Position numbers and translations under genes: made by a program. From Macrostomum lignano (taxonomy: Eukaryota), in assembly GCA_002269645.1 (NCBI GenBank), contig NIVC01003261.1, forward strand, positions 44,651 to 108,650: a stretch of DNA of 64,000 nucleotides, written 5' to 3'. Under the pieces are notes generated by a model. It was not told where the DNA came from. It was given only the letters and a program-made list of their open reading frames with translations, and made no database searches. Positions 39,093 to 55,511 of this stretch are shown in pieces; the stretch's first letter is position 1, and each line of letters begins with the position of its first letter.

Positions 39093-39300
39093 CCCAGTAC
39101 CCAATACCCAGTACCCAATTTCCAATACCCAATACCCAGTACCCAATACCCAGTACCCAATACCCAGTACCCAATACCCAGTGCCCAACACCCAGTACCC
39201 AATACCCAATACCCAGTACCCAATACCCAGTGCCCAACACCCAGTATCCAATACCCAGTACCCAATACCCAGTACCTATGACTGACAACCAGTACCAATT
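39093..39300. repeat. 7/14-bp repeat (CCCAGTACCCAATA)n
   Basis: Read directly. Abuts the truncated 5' end of the LINE remnant. Confidence 0.94.
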
Positions 39301-39911
39301 ACCTATAGTCGCAGTACCTACAAGCCTCCTTAACACAATGCATTGCCATCCATCGCACCATTAAACATATGCTATTCGTAAATTTATGCTTTGCAAACTA
39401 GAATTAATAGAAACTGTCAAAAAACATACTGCATGGCATGTTATTTGGCTTAAATCAACACCGGCTTCCTCAAGCAGTCTCCCCCCTTCATCTTGCCAAG
39501 CATTTCGCACATTCGTAGTTCAGTATTGTAGCAAGGGGATGGGAATGACTGACTGACGGACTGCCTGACTGACTTGGCAGGGTTGGCTGTCCCCTCCCTC
39601 CCTCTCTCACTATGATGGAAGGTGGGCGAGGCCGGAAGGCTTCGAGCTTCAATACGGCAGGCGCGCACAAGCAGCTTCTATAGCTTCATCAAGGACAGCT
39701 AAAATCAACCCTCACCCATTTGCATACGAGCGTACAATTTTAGGCCGACTGTAGTTCTTCAAAATAAACACAAAATATCGGCAATTTTGCGGTTGCCTGA
39801 ACCAAACTAGCAAACCATGTGAACTCGGTCTTATTTCAGGGCCAGATTTTGCGTATTCTAAGATATCTCCGACAAATCAGTTTATCCTAATCCTATAACT
39901 TGTTAGAGATA

Positions 39912-40410
39912 TCAAGTGTCGGAGATATGAAGTGTCGGAGATATGAAGTGTCGGAGATCGAAGTGTCGGAGATCGAAGTGTTGGAGATATGAAGTGTCGG
40001 AGATATGAAGTGTCGGAGATATGAAGTTTCGGAGAAATGAAGTGTCGGAGATATGAAGTGTCGGAGATATGAAGTGTCGGAGATATGAAGTGTCGGAGAT
40101 CGAAGTGTCGGAGCTATGAAGTGTCAAAGAGATATGAAGTGTCGGAGATATGAAGTGTCAGAGATCGAAGTGTCGGAGCTATGAAGTGTCAAAGAGATAT
40201 GAAGTGTCGGAGATATGAAGTGTCGGAGCTATGAAGTGTCGGAGATATGAAGTGTCGGAGCTATGAAGTGTCGGAGATATGAAGTGTCGGAGATATGAAG
40301 TGTCGGAGATATGAAGTGTCGGAGCTATGAAGTGTCGGAGATATGAAGTGTCGGAGATACATGTATAAAGTGTCGGAGATATGAGGTGTCGGAGGTGTGA
40401 AGTGTCGGAG
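39912..40410. repeat. 16-bp repeat (GAAGTGTCGGAGATAT)n
   Basis: About 30 units. Confidence 0.96.
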
Positions 40411-41025
40411 TTCTGGAGGAGCTGTTTTTCGGAGACATGAACCCCCTAACTGGACGAACTTCAGTCCAGCCTAAAGTTGTATAAAAATGTAGGCTTAAGG
40501 TGGTATGATTTTCTACTCCGGGCTTTTGCCTCTGGGCCTCCTTGGCTAGATAGAATAGCGAGAGGAGTGTTGCGCAGCGGATAAGGATTAGCTTTCCTTA
40601 TCAAGAGTTTCAAATCGCGTTTGCTGCAAAGATGGCAGCTGGGAGGGGGCCCCAAGGGCGCGTGTGAACACGGAGGGGCGGGCGGGGCCTGACTGCAAAA
40701 ATACACACAGACACGCGCGCGCAGTCACACATAGCCAGCGGCCTAAAGTCAGACATGTAGCATTTCTAAGAAAGAGAAATGCATCGAAAAATCCGGGGGC
40801 AGAGAGAGAGAGATAGGCAGAGGCGAGGTAAGGAAAGAGACCTTATCCAGCTTTATCTACCTATTTGCTTTCAGTACGAAACGCTTTAGTTGCTTACCTG
40901 CAGTTGCAGATGCTCATGCTGGACCAGGGCGGGCCTGGGCACAACTAGGGTTAAATTGACGACAGTTGGTTCAGAGCTCAGGAGTTTTGTTTATCAAAAC
41001 ACAATTTGGACACGGGAGCAGAGAT

Positions 41026-43296
41026 ATGGCAATGCGACTGCTATGGCTGCTCCTCCTCCCCCTCTTGAGCATTGTCGCCGCTCGGCACCCCGAGCTGCCC
41101 TTCTGGGATCCGACGCTGTCCTGGGACGCTCGAGTCCGCGACCTGCTGAACCGTTTGACGGACAGCGAGCTTGTCGAGCAGCTCAGCAAAGGCGGCGCGG
41201 GGACTAACGGCGGTCCAGCGCCGGCCGTGCCACGGCTGGGCATCCGGCCATACCAGTGGAACACCGAGTGCCTCAGCGGCCACGGCGAGGCCGGCCCGGC
41301 CACTTCGTTTCCGCAGGCCATCGGCCTGGCGGCCACCTTCAGCCCGGAGCTGGTGGAGGCGATGGCCCGCGCCACCGGGCTGGAAGTGCGCGCGTCCTAC
41401 AACGATTACTCGCGGGCCGGCAACTACAGCGACCATCACGGCCTGACCTGCTTCGCTCCGGTGATCAACCTGCTGCGGCATCCCTACTGGGGCCGCAACC
41501 AGGAGACGTACGGCGAGGACCCGCACCTGACTGGCGTCCTGTCCGCCGCTTTTGTGCGCGGCCTGCAAGGCGGCGACCTGGCCGCCAACCGGTTCGCCCT
41601 GGCCGGCGCCGGCTGCAAGCACTTCGCCGCGTACAGCGGCCCGGAAGACTTCCCCGTGTCTCGGGTGTCCTTCAACGCCATCGTGCCGGAGCAGGACCTC
41701 CGCCAGTCGTTCTTGCCGCAGTTCCGACGGTGCCTGTCGGCGGGCAGCTTCTCGGTGATGTGCAGCTACAACTCGGTGAACGGAGTTCCCGCCTGCGCCA
41801 ACAAGCGCCTGCTCACCGACGTGCTGCGCCGCGACTGGAACTTTACCGGCTACGTGGTCAGCGATGAGGGGGCGCTGGAGTTTGCCGTCGACTTTCACAA
41901 GTACTTCGCCAACCGGTCCGAGGCGGCCGTCGGCGCCCTGCAGGCTGGCGTCAACCTCGAGCTGTCGCCGCCGGGCTGCCCCGACCAGGCCTGCATCGTT
42001 TTCGAGCACCTGCACGAGGCAGTGGCCGCCGGTCGGGTCACCCGGCAGCAGCTGCTCGGGCGGGCCTATCCGCTGTTCTACACCCGCATGCGGCTGGGCG
42101 AGTTCGATCCGGCCGACTCGAATCCGTACAGCCGGCTGCGGCTGGCCGACATCGTCCAGACGGACGGGCAGCGCCGACTCTCGGCCGGCCTGGCCGCGGC
42201 CAGCTTTGTGCTGCTGAAGAATGCCGACGATTTTCTGCCGCTTAGCGTCGGTCGACTTAATGGCAAACGCGTCGGCCTAATCGGGCCGTTCGCAGACAAC
42301 ATGACGCTGATGTACGGGTCCTACGCAGCCGATCCGATGCCGCAGTACCAGGTGCCGCTGCGGTCCGGCCTTGCCAGAGTCGGCGCCGTCGTCACCGTGT
42401 GGCGCTACTGCCTGGACGGCGTGCTCTGCCGACGCCGCAACGAGTCCGCCTTGCTGGAGGCGGCGCGGATGAGCGACCTGCTGCTGGTGGCGGTGGGCAC
42501 CGGCCAGCTGGTGGAGGCGGAGAACACGGACAGGCGTAACCTCAGCCTGCCGAGCGGCCAGGACCGTCTGGTGCGCAGCCTGGCCGAGTCGCCGGGCCGA
42601 TGGCCGCCAGCCGTTCTGCTGATCTTCTCCGGCGGCCCGGTGGACATTCAGCTGGCGGCCGATCCCCGATCCGGGATCCGCGCCATTCTCTGGTGCGGCT
42701 TCCCCGCCCAGGAGGTCGGCGTCGCCGTCGCCGCCGTGTTGACCGGCGAGATGTCGCCGTTCGCCAGCCTGCCGTTCACCTGGTACTCCCCCGACCAGCC
42801 TCTCAGCTCCATCACCAACTACACCCTGGCGAACATGACCTACCGATTTCTGGATGAGCCAGTCGGCTCCGCGCCTCGGCCGCTGTACCGGTTCGGCCAG
42901 GGTCTCACCTTCGCCGCCTGTCGCGTCCAACTGTCCGAACTGTCCGCCCCCGTCCGAGTGGCCCGCGGCGCCGCCTTGGACCTGGCGTTCTCGGCCAGCA
43001 TACCGGGCAGCTCGGAGTACAGCTGCTTGTATTCAGCCAAGGCCTACTTGAGACCGGCTCCGGGCAGCAGAATCGGACGAAATCCGCGCGTCTGGCTGGT
43101 TGCTATGCGGCTGATTGCTTGGCAACGAGGTGGCCGGCTGCAGCAAGTGCGGATGCGCGTCCTGCCTGAAGACATGCAGCTGTGGAATGGCAGCGCAATG
43201 TCTGCGCTGGCTGGGGATTACGAATTGCTGATTGGTGACTATTTTGATGACAGCTGCGCCCACTGCAGGCTGAGGCAGAAGTTCTCCATTGTTTAG
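41026..43296 (+). CDS. Secreted glycoside hydrolase family 3 (beta-xylosidase/alpha-arabinofuranosidase-like), intronless, ~756 aa
   Basis: Signal peptide MAMRLLWLLLLPLLSIVAA. GH3 motifs TSFPQAIGLAATF, WGRNQETYGEDP, CKHFAAY, VMCSYNSVNGVPACAN and the nucleophile context GYVVSDEGA. GH3_C domain (VLLKN...EAENTDRRNLSLPSGQ) and a Fn3-like tail. ATG at 41026 is preferred over the TTG start at 40966. Confidence 0.93.
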   Translation: MAMRLLWLLLLPLLSIVAARHPELPFWDPTLSWDARVRDLLNRLTDSELVEQLSKGGAGTNGGPAPAVPRLGIRPYQWNTECLSGHGEAGPATSFPQAIGLAATFSPELVEAMARATGLEVRASYNDYSRAGNYSDHHGLTCFAPVINLLRHPYWGRNQETYGEDPHLTGVLSAAFVRGLQGGDLAANRFALAGAGCKHFAAYSGPEDFPVSRVSFNAIVPEQDLRQSFLPQFRRCLSAGSFSVMCSYNSVNGVPACANKRLLTDVLRRDWNFTGYVVSDEGALEFAVDFHKYFANRSEAAVGALQAGVNLELSPPGCPDQACIVFEHLHEAVAAGRVTRQQLLGRAYPLFYTRMRLGEFDPADSNPYSRLRLADIVQTDGQRRLSAGLAAASFVLLKNADDFLPLSVGRLNGKRVGLIGPFADNMTLMYGSYAADPMPQYQVPLRSGLARVGAVVTVWRYCLDGVLCRRRNESALLEAARMSDLLLVAVGTGQLVEAENTDRRNLSLPSGQDRLVRSLAESPGRWPPAVLLIFSGGPVDIQLAADPRSGIRAILWCGFPAQEVGVAVAAVLTGEMSPFASLPFTWYSPDQPLSSITNYTLANMTYRFLDEPVGSAPRPLYRFGQGLTFAACRVQLSELSAPVRVARGAALDLAFSASIPGSSEYSCLYSAKAYLRPAPGSRIGRNPRVWLVAMRLIAWQRGGRLQQVRMRVLPEDMQLWNGSAMSALAGDYELLIGDYFDDSCAHCRLRQKFSIV

Positions 43297-43864
43297 GCGG
43301 GCATGTCGATTGGCTGCCAATAATTTGATTGCTGATCACTTAGGTTAGAGTTAGGGCTAGGGTAGGGCTAGGGCTAGATCTTTTTTATTACAGCCAGGGG
43401 GCTTTGTGCACCCTGGCGCACTTCAAGCGAAATTGTCGCACAACCGGCGAGAGGCATTACTGCCCATTCCGCCGACTCCCCTGAGCAGGCACACAAGCGC
43501 GCGGATACGTACACAGTCATACGCACAGGCACACACTCACACAGGAGTGTACAGCGGCCCTAACTTTATTTATCGTTAGGCATGTACACTTCACTGCGCC
43601 TTGGGGGTTGGGCCTCAAGGGCGTTAATTGCATGAGCAGAGCCAAGCCGAGATTCCAATTCAGCCCCCCCCCAAAGGTTAAGTTCGGCAGTCAGTTGTCG
43701 TAAATCCATTTTTAGGGACAAGAAAAACTGGCTGACTTGTCTAATGGATGAACACACTAGTGTATGATAAAATTATTATTTTATTTTATAAATAAATATT
43801 ACTTCAGGATGCATATGATTTATTAATGAAAAGCTTCATTGGATTTACATTCTTTGTCTTTACT

Positions 43865-44080
43865 TGAGAGAGAGGGGAGGATGAGTGAGAGAGGGGAGGA
43901 TGAGTGAGAGAGGGGAGGATGAGTGAGAGAGGGGAGGATGAGTGAGAGAAGGGAGGATGAGTGAGAGAAGGGAGGATGAGTGAGAGAGGGGAGGATGAGT
44001 GAGAGAGGGGAGGATGAGTGAGAGAGGGGAGGATGAGTGAGAGAGGGGAGAATGAGTGAGAGAGGGGAGGATGAGTGATA
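43865..44080. repeat. 19-bp purine-rich repeat (GAGTGAGAGAGGGGAGGAT)n
   Basis: About 11 units. Confidence 0.95.
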
Positions 44081-44715
44081 ATGGGTAAGATAAGATAAGG
44101 AGTCGAGGCTATGCAAAGGTATGGCATCGGTGAAGCTGCGGCGGTGTGAAAGCTTCAGACCCAACGGTGCACGAGTATCGCGGAGAAAGTCTTTCGAGAG
44201 AAAAAGCAGACAGTTCTTTTGCCTGAATTTCTCGATCGATTTTCGTTCCTATCTAGCCGAACAGTTTATCGGCGCGGCAGCCAGGCTGCGAACTGACGGT
44301 GGGACTTTCCCGAGGCCTGACAAAGAGTGAGAGAGAGGGAGAAGGAGAGAGAGGAGAAGAGAGAGACAGCTTCTGATGCTGAATATAGATTGTGCGGCCT
44401 GCTGCTGGCACTCGAATTTCTTATTACTCCCAGTGTCCCGCGCCCGCACACTGGGAGTGGAACAGTTCCCCCGCAATGAGAAGTCCAGAGTGACTCAGAC
44501 TATTAGACTTGCTGGCTAAGAGCAGTTGCTCTGGTGGCCACTTGTTTGCAGAAGTTGGCTGAAGTGCTTGGGTCAGCATCTCCGCCTCTCCTCTTTTGGC
44601 TTTAGTTTGCTTACTGAGAAGAAGTCTTATTCATTTTTCTACAGGAACGGTGCCTTTATAAAGTTATTTTTCGCCACATATCGCCTTAGGATTTAGTGAA
44701 TATATCCATAAATAC

Positions 44716-44910
44716 GAGTGTACAGCGTGTACAGCGGTCCTGACTTTCTAATCATCAGTCATGTACACTCTGGCAGTTTACACTCTACAGACTGGCAGTT
44801 TTTAGAGCACACAAGCCCCAAAGGAATGTGAGCTAGCACGGAGTCTAACCAGGGACCGTGGTGGCGCGATCGAGTCAGGCGCGTTTACCGCTGAGCTTGC
44901 TGCTCGGCCC
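44716..44910 (-). mobile_element. tRNA-derived SINE copy
   Basis: Reverse complement reads GGGCCGAGCAGCAAGCTCAGCGGTAAACGCGCCTGAC...GGTTAGACTCCGTGC...CATTCCTTTGGGGCTTGTGTGCTCTAAAA...GAGTGTACATGACTGATGATTAGAAAGTCAGGACCGCTGTACAC. Aligns by eye with the copies at 53838, 59616 and 62505. Confidence 0.68.
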
Positions 44911-45199
44911 TCCTGTCTAGTTTGTAGTTTTTAATTAACCATAACATTTCTCATGAGCTCTCATTCCCAATTATCGCTGCTTTCAATTTTCTAGATATTG
45001 TACTTATAAGAAAAAATGCTCACGCGGCCTACTGAAAGTAGAGCAGTTCAAACATTTATGATTAATATGTTGGTAGATAATCCCGATCCTGGCTTTATTT
45101 AAATGTTCTGATGCTGGCTAGGGGAATTTGTCGCTAAATACCGAATACTGACACTGATATAGAGCCAGTGTGCAGCCAGATATAGAAACAAAAAAGCAC

Positions 45200-45560
45200 T
45201 GTCATGTCAAACATAAAATCAGCGTCATGTCAAACATAAAATCAGCGTCATGTCAAACATAAAATCAGGGTCATGTCAAACATAAAATCAGCGTCATGTC
45301 AAACATAAAAGAAGTATCATGTCAAACATAAAAGAAGCATCATGTCAAACATAAAAGAAGCATCATGTCAAACATAAAAGAAGCATCATGTCAAACATAA
45401 AAGAAGCATCATGTCAAACATAAAAGAAGCATCATGTCAAACATAAAAGAAGCATCATGTCAAACATAAAAGAAGCATCATGTCAAACATAAAAGAAGCA
45501 TCATGTCAAACATAAAAGAAGCATCATGTCAATCATAAAAGAAGCATCATGTCAAACCTA
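45200..45560. repeat. 23-bp repeat (CATCATGTCAAACATAAAAGAAG)n
   Basis: About 16 units in two sub-variants. Confidence 0.95.
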
Positions 45561-46384
45561 AAAGAGACACCATATAAATTATAAGAGCCATCATGTAAAA
45601 GATAAAATAAGCATCAAACAAACCGAAAAGAAGCGTCATGAAGCACAAAAGAAGCGTAATGTAAAATTGCTAGTACCGAATACTGACACTGATATGGAGT
45701 TTTTTCCATACTCCACCAAATACAGAGCTTTGCCAGCTGCAAGCATTGGGGGCGGGGCCGGACTCTAAGGCTCATTAAATGCATTCGAGTTGGCTTCCAG
45801 ACTCCAATAAATTGAGGCCTATCCGAACACAGATAGAATCGAGGCGATTTTCTTTTTTTTCATCTCTCTGCTATTTGGACTCGTTTCAGGCGGATGGACT
45901 GAAAATGGGAGCAAGGGATAATTGGGACTGGCGGACAGCAGCGTTAGTTCTAAATTTTTTATGTCCTTATCTGACTGACACTAAGCCAGAAATGTCCTCC
46001 GCATTGGCATTAGTCCGAGACGCCAAATCCCATGGCGACTGGCAGCAGCTGATCCGCTTTTCCCACGCCGATCCTCCTCCAAGGTCTGGCAGCACAGAAA
46101 TCGAGCGAAACAGAAGAAACTGTTTTTCTAGAGACTGAGGCACCTGATCGATGACTCACCCACATCGATGGTGTCCCCCGGGGAGAGTTGCACAAAGAGT
46201 GCGCTTTACGGATGAGCTGGGTGCTAGATAGTCCGCATGGGCGCTTCGGGCACTGCTGCATTTCAAGGCGCACAGCAAGGGACCACTGTGGAACACTTCA
46301 TCATAGAAGGGCGTTACACTCTCAATTCGTGTAAAAATATTTGAAGGCCGATTTTCGTTGTCCTACAGAGACTCGTATAAGGTT

Positions 46385-48040
46385 GGACCCTAAACCCTAC
46401 ACTCTTAGTCTTAGGGTCAGACACTAAACCCTACACTCTTAGTCTTAGGGTCAGACACTAAACCCTACACTCTTAGTCTTAGGGTCAGACACTAAACCCT
46501 ACACTCTTAGTCTTAGGGTTAGACACTAAACCCTACACTCTGTGTCTTAGGGTCAGACACTAAACCCTACACTCTGTGTCTTAGGGTTGGACACTAAACC
46601 CTACACTCTGTGTCTTAGGGTTGGACACTAAACCCTACACTCTTAGTCTTAGGGTCAGACACTAAACCCTACACTCTTAGTCTTAGGGTCAGACACTAAA
46701 CCCTACACTCTTAGTCTTAGGGTCAGACACTAAACCCTACACTCTTAGTCTTAGGGTTAGACACTAAACCCTACACTCTGTGTCTTAGGGTCAGACACTA
46801 AACCCTACACTCTGTGTCTTAGGGTTGGACACTAAACCCTACACTCTGTGTCTTAGGGTTGGACACTAAACCCTACACTCTGTGTCTTAGGGTTGGACAC
46901 TAAACCCTACACTCTGTGTCCTAGATTTGGACACTAAACCCTACACTCTGTGTCTTAGGGTTGGACACTAAACCCTACACTCTGTTTCTTAGGGTCAGAC
47001 ACTAAACCCTACACTCTTAGTCTTAGGGTTAGACACTAAACCCTACACTCTGTGTCTTAGGGTCAGACACTAAACCCTACACTCTTAGTCTTAGGGTCAG
47101 ACACTAAACCCTACACTCTTAGTCTTAGGGTCAGACACTAAACCGTAGACTCTTAGTCTTAGGGTCAGACACTAAACCCTACACTCTTAGTCTTAGGGTC
47201 AGACACTAAACCGTAGACTCTTAGTCTTAGGGTTGGACACTAAACCCTACACTCTTAGTCTTAGGGTTGGACACTAAACCGTAGACTCTTAGTCTTAGGG
47301 TCAGACACTAAACCGTAGACTCTTAGTCTTAGGGTCAGACACTAAACCCTACACTCTTAGTCTTAGGGTCAGACACTAAACCGTAGACTCTTAGTCTTAG
47401 GGTCAGACACTAAACCGTAGACTCTTAGTCTTAGGGTTGGACACTAAACCGTAGACTCTTAGTCTTAGGGTCAGACACTAAACCGTAGACTCTTAGTCTT
47501 AGGGTCAGACACTAAACCCTACACTCTTAGTCTTAGGGTCAGACACTAAACCGTAGACTCTTAGTCTTAGGGTCAGACACTAAACCCTACACTCTTAGTC
47601 TTAGGGTCAGACACTAAACCCTACACTCTTAGTCTTAGGGTTGGACACTAAACCCACACTCTGTGTCTTAGGGTTGGACACTAAACCCTAAACTCTTAGT
47701 CTTAGGGTCAGACACTAAACCCTACACTCTGAGTCTTAGGGTTAGACACTAAACCCTACACTCTGTGTCTTAGGGTTGGACACTAAACCCTACACTCTGT
47801 GTCTTAGGGTTGGACACTAAACCCTACACTCTTAGTCTTAGGGTTGGACACTAAACCCTACACTCTGTGTCTTAGGGTTGGACACTAAACCCTACACTCT
47901 TAGTCTTAGGGTCAGACACTAAACCCTACACTCTGAGTCTTAGGGTTAGACACTAAACCCTACACTCTGTGTCTTAGGGTTGGACACTAAACCCTACACT
48001 CTTAGTCTTAGGGTCAGACACTAAACCCTACACTCTGTGC
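46385..48040. repeat. 34-bp minisatellite (GACACTAAACCCTACACTCTTAGTCTTAGGGTCA)n
   Basis: About 48 units, each containing TTAGGG and an inverted ACCCTA. Confidence 0.97.
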
Positions 48041-48520
48041 GTTGGAGTCCGATGGGATCTAGTGGCTGCTCTGCTAGTGACTCCAATGTGAACTGTGGAG
48101 TAAGGTACTTTACTGGGATCAGTAAAACGGTTTTGATGCCGTTCAGATGCAGCTAGTTGAGCTTCCTGAACTGGATAAAAGCAACTGGAATTGAGTTGGG
48201 TTGAAAGACTGCTGGCTTCGCTAACAATGAAGGTGAAGCAGAAACCTCAAGAGAAGTCTCTAAAGAAGAAAAGAAAAGTGAGACACATTTGGTTAGCAAC
48301 CAAACGCTTCACCAGCATCCTTCCAACAGCTCCCAGTCCAGTCTATCAAATTTCTAACCGGCCTGGCCAGTCCTGAAGCAGCCTCATCGGGGGGATGAGG
48401 CTGCTAGCACTGACAAAATAATCCAAAACGGTTCTGCCCGGCAACCTCTCCTCCCCCTGCTCAAGCACAAGCCTGGCACTAACCGAAAACGGCTTGGCGA
48501 GCAGAAATAGAGAGACAGAG

Positions 48521-48560
<40 letters not shown>

Positions 48561-48632
48561 AACCGACATCGGCAGGAGCATATTGACCAAGGCGGATCAG
48601 CCGGCCTTATCCCTGGGCTTGCTGAATAAGTG

Positions 48633-53437
<4,805 letters not shown>

Positions 53438-53837
53438 AAACGCGGCTTTGGAGCAGCTGATTGAACAAAAAGCCAATGGCATATTCGGTTTTTTAAAACA
53501 AGACTTTTTTCTCAGTAAATTCACTCTCAAAGTATACAGTTCACAAAAATAAATCGGCTATTATTTGTTAATCATAAGTCCCAACAGTGAAATGATTGTT
53601 TTTCAAATGCTAAAAATCCGTAGAAAATGTGTAGAACAAATTTTCTCCAAGAACATAAAAAATGTCTTGCAATTCTTCCAGATGCCTCTCGGAAAATTCA
53701 GATGGCGAAATAATGGGAGGCCTCGAGGTGCCATCAGTAAAGTTGCTTCGAGGGGCACAATTATAGCAATTAGTGTAATAGCCGATTAGAAACCCAGGAC
53801 AGATGCCATGGCTCAAAGGGGTATTCCAGCTGGTCCA

Positions 53838-53968
53838 GGGGCAGAGCAGCTCAATGGTAAACACTCTCACGCCATGCAAAACGACCCCAGGTTCGATTCC
53901 GTGCGCTAGCGCATTCATTTGGGGCCTGTGTGCACAAAAATTGGTCGGGGGGTTGCCGTGCGATTCAC
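53838..53968 (+). mobile_element. 5' half of tRNA-derived SINE (Pol III A and B boxes)
   Basis: A-box-like AGCTCAATGGTA and B box GGTTCGATTCC (53890-53900), followed by the shared SINE body CATTCATTTGGGGCCTGTGTGCACAAAAATTGG...CGTGCGATTCAC. Confidence 0.7.
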
Positions 53969-55070
53969 GGCGACCTCAGCCTGCGAGACCTGGAAACAGC
54001 GGGAGGCCTGCTGACCCTCTCGGACGGAATCCCGTCCACGCTCTGCCCCCCGCTCAAATTCAAAACCAGCATTCCACCGCGTCATGAAGCAAGAGACAAC
54101 TGGAAACCCCATGAAATCCACTGCTTCACTGACGGGTCCCAAATCAACTCCGCCTCTGGCTACGGCTACTGCATTGTGTCTGGAGGGAGAACTGTGGCGA
54201 CCTTCTCCCAGCACACCGGCACCTGCTCCACCGTCTTCCAGAACGAAGTTCTCGCCATCAGCTCCTGCGCCATGGAGCTGTACAATCAGCGCGTCTGGGG
54301 GAAGGAAATTATCCTCCACTCGGACAGTCAAGCGGCTATCCACGCCCTTGAGCGCACCACCACCTGCTCGCGTACAGTCCTCGACTGCATCGGGCAGCTC
54401 AACCGCTTAGGCGCCTCCAACAAGGTGTCCCTAAGGTGAATTCCTGGGCATTCGGGCCACCCCGGCAACGAGCTGGCCGATCGCCTGGCCAAGGCTGGCT
54501 CGACCGGTTCTTTCACTGGTCCCCTGCCCGTGGCCCCACCCCCACCGCCGTTGTCACCACTCGGATCAACCAGTGGGTGGCTTCTAAGCACAGGGAGATG
54601 TGGCTAACGCCCCGACTGCTGGCAATCCCGCGCGGCTGTCCCCTGTCCTTCCTCCGCCCTGTGCAGGGCCCTGCTTGGACTCAACCGCAGGGACACCAGG
54701 GCGGTGACCATGGCCCTCTCGGGTCATGGCTGCTTTGCCAGGCATCGCCACCTCCAGGGAAAAATCCGCAGTGAGGAATGCCCATTCTGCCTCTCCGGTG
54801 TCGAGAATGCGGAGCACTTTATCTGTGAATGCCCCGCCACAGGCTCACCCACCTCGGCCCAAACCCGGACCTCTCCGACGTTTTCAGGCCCGAGAATCTC
54901 TGCCAGCTCGTCCGCTACCTAAGGGCTACCGGGCGAGCGACCATCCGGCACCACCGGAACTCCCTGCGCGACACCGCAGCACCAGCTGCCCGTGGTAGCC
55001 AGGGGCTAGCGAAATGGGCGGCAACGCCCCCTCGCTGCATCCGTATGCACGGAGCCCCCTGCAGCTAAGT
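53969..55070 (+). mobile_element. Degenerate non-LTR retrotransposon 3' fragment with RNase H and CCHC finger (I/R1/LOA-type organisation)
   Basis: RNase H motifs FTDGS, QNEVLAI, HSDSQAA and (W>stop at 54437)[18 protein letters not shown]. After frameshifts: LSGHG...[20 protein letters not shown] and RLTHLG...[10 protein letters not shown]. Confidence 0.88.
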
Positions 55071-55418
55071 CAAAGACATGTACGGCCAGCACTCAGTGCA
55101 GCAGCTGCTTCTGATGAAGCTGGATGCGCCCTAGAGCTGAAGGCAGCGTTTCATCATTTGTCGACAGTGGGTAGCAATAGACTTAGAATACGACAAAGTC
55201 AAGATAAATTTCTACAAATTATTTCAGGAGCAATTTTTTCAGCAGAAAACAGCAAAAATTAGGACCAGCAATTTGGGCCTCCGTAATTTCTCTCTAGCTC
55301 TGTGTCTCACCCCCACCTGTCAGCTGTTGCATCTAAAAAATGGCCTCGATTTTCGCTAATTTGCCCATTTACGCAATTGCTCTGGCACTGAAGACGCCAC
55401 CACCTGCTTCATGCGGTC

Positions 55419-55425
55419 TATAAAA
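55419..55425 (+). promoter_or_regulatory. TATA box (TATAAAA)
   Basis: Consensus TATAAAAG about 90 bp upstream of the ATG at 55512. Confidence 0.5.
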
Positions 55426-55511
55426 GCAGCTGATTTTTACAGGCCCAGTTCGTCGAAGCAGCCGACACTACTCATCGGTTCTCCCTTCTCTAGCCAGATC
55501 TCAGTGTCTCA

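Noticed and set aside
40966-41025. N-terminal extension of the GH3 ORF from a TTG start (likewise other GTG/TTG starts in the track)
   Set aside because: In a eukaryotic context the ATG at 41026 directly precedes a signal peptide.
45900-46140. Possible RTE-type LINE C-terminal remnant (…RDAKSHGDWQQLI…)
   Set aside because: Only a vague resemblance over about 15 residues, with no RT motifs.
53838-53910. tRNA gene
   Set aside because: It has A/B boxes but no convincing cloverleaf or anticodon arm, and continues into a body shared with dispersed copies. Better explained as a SINE head.
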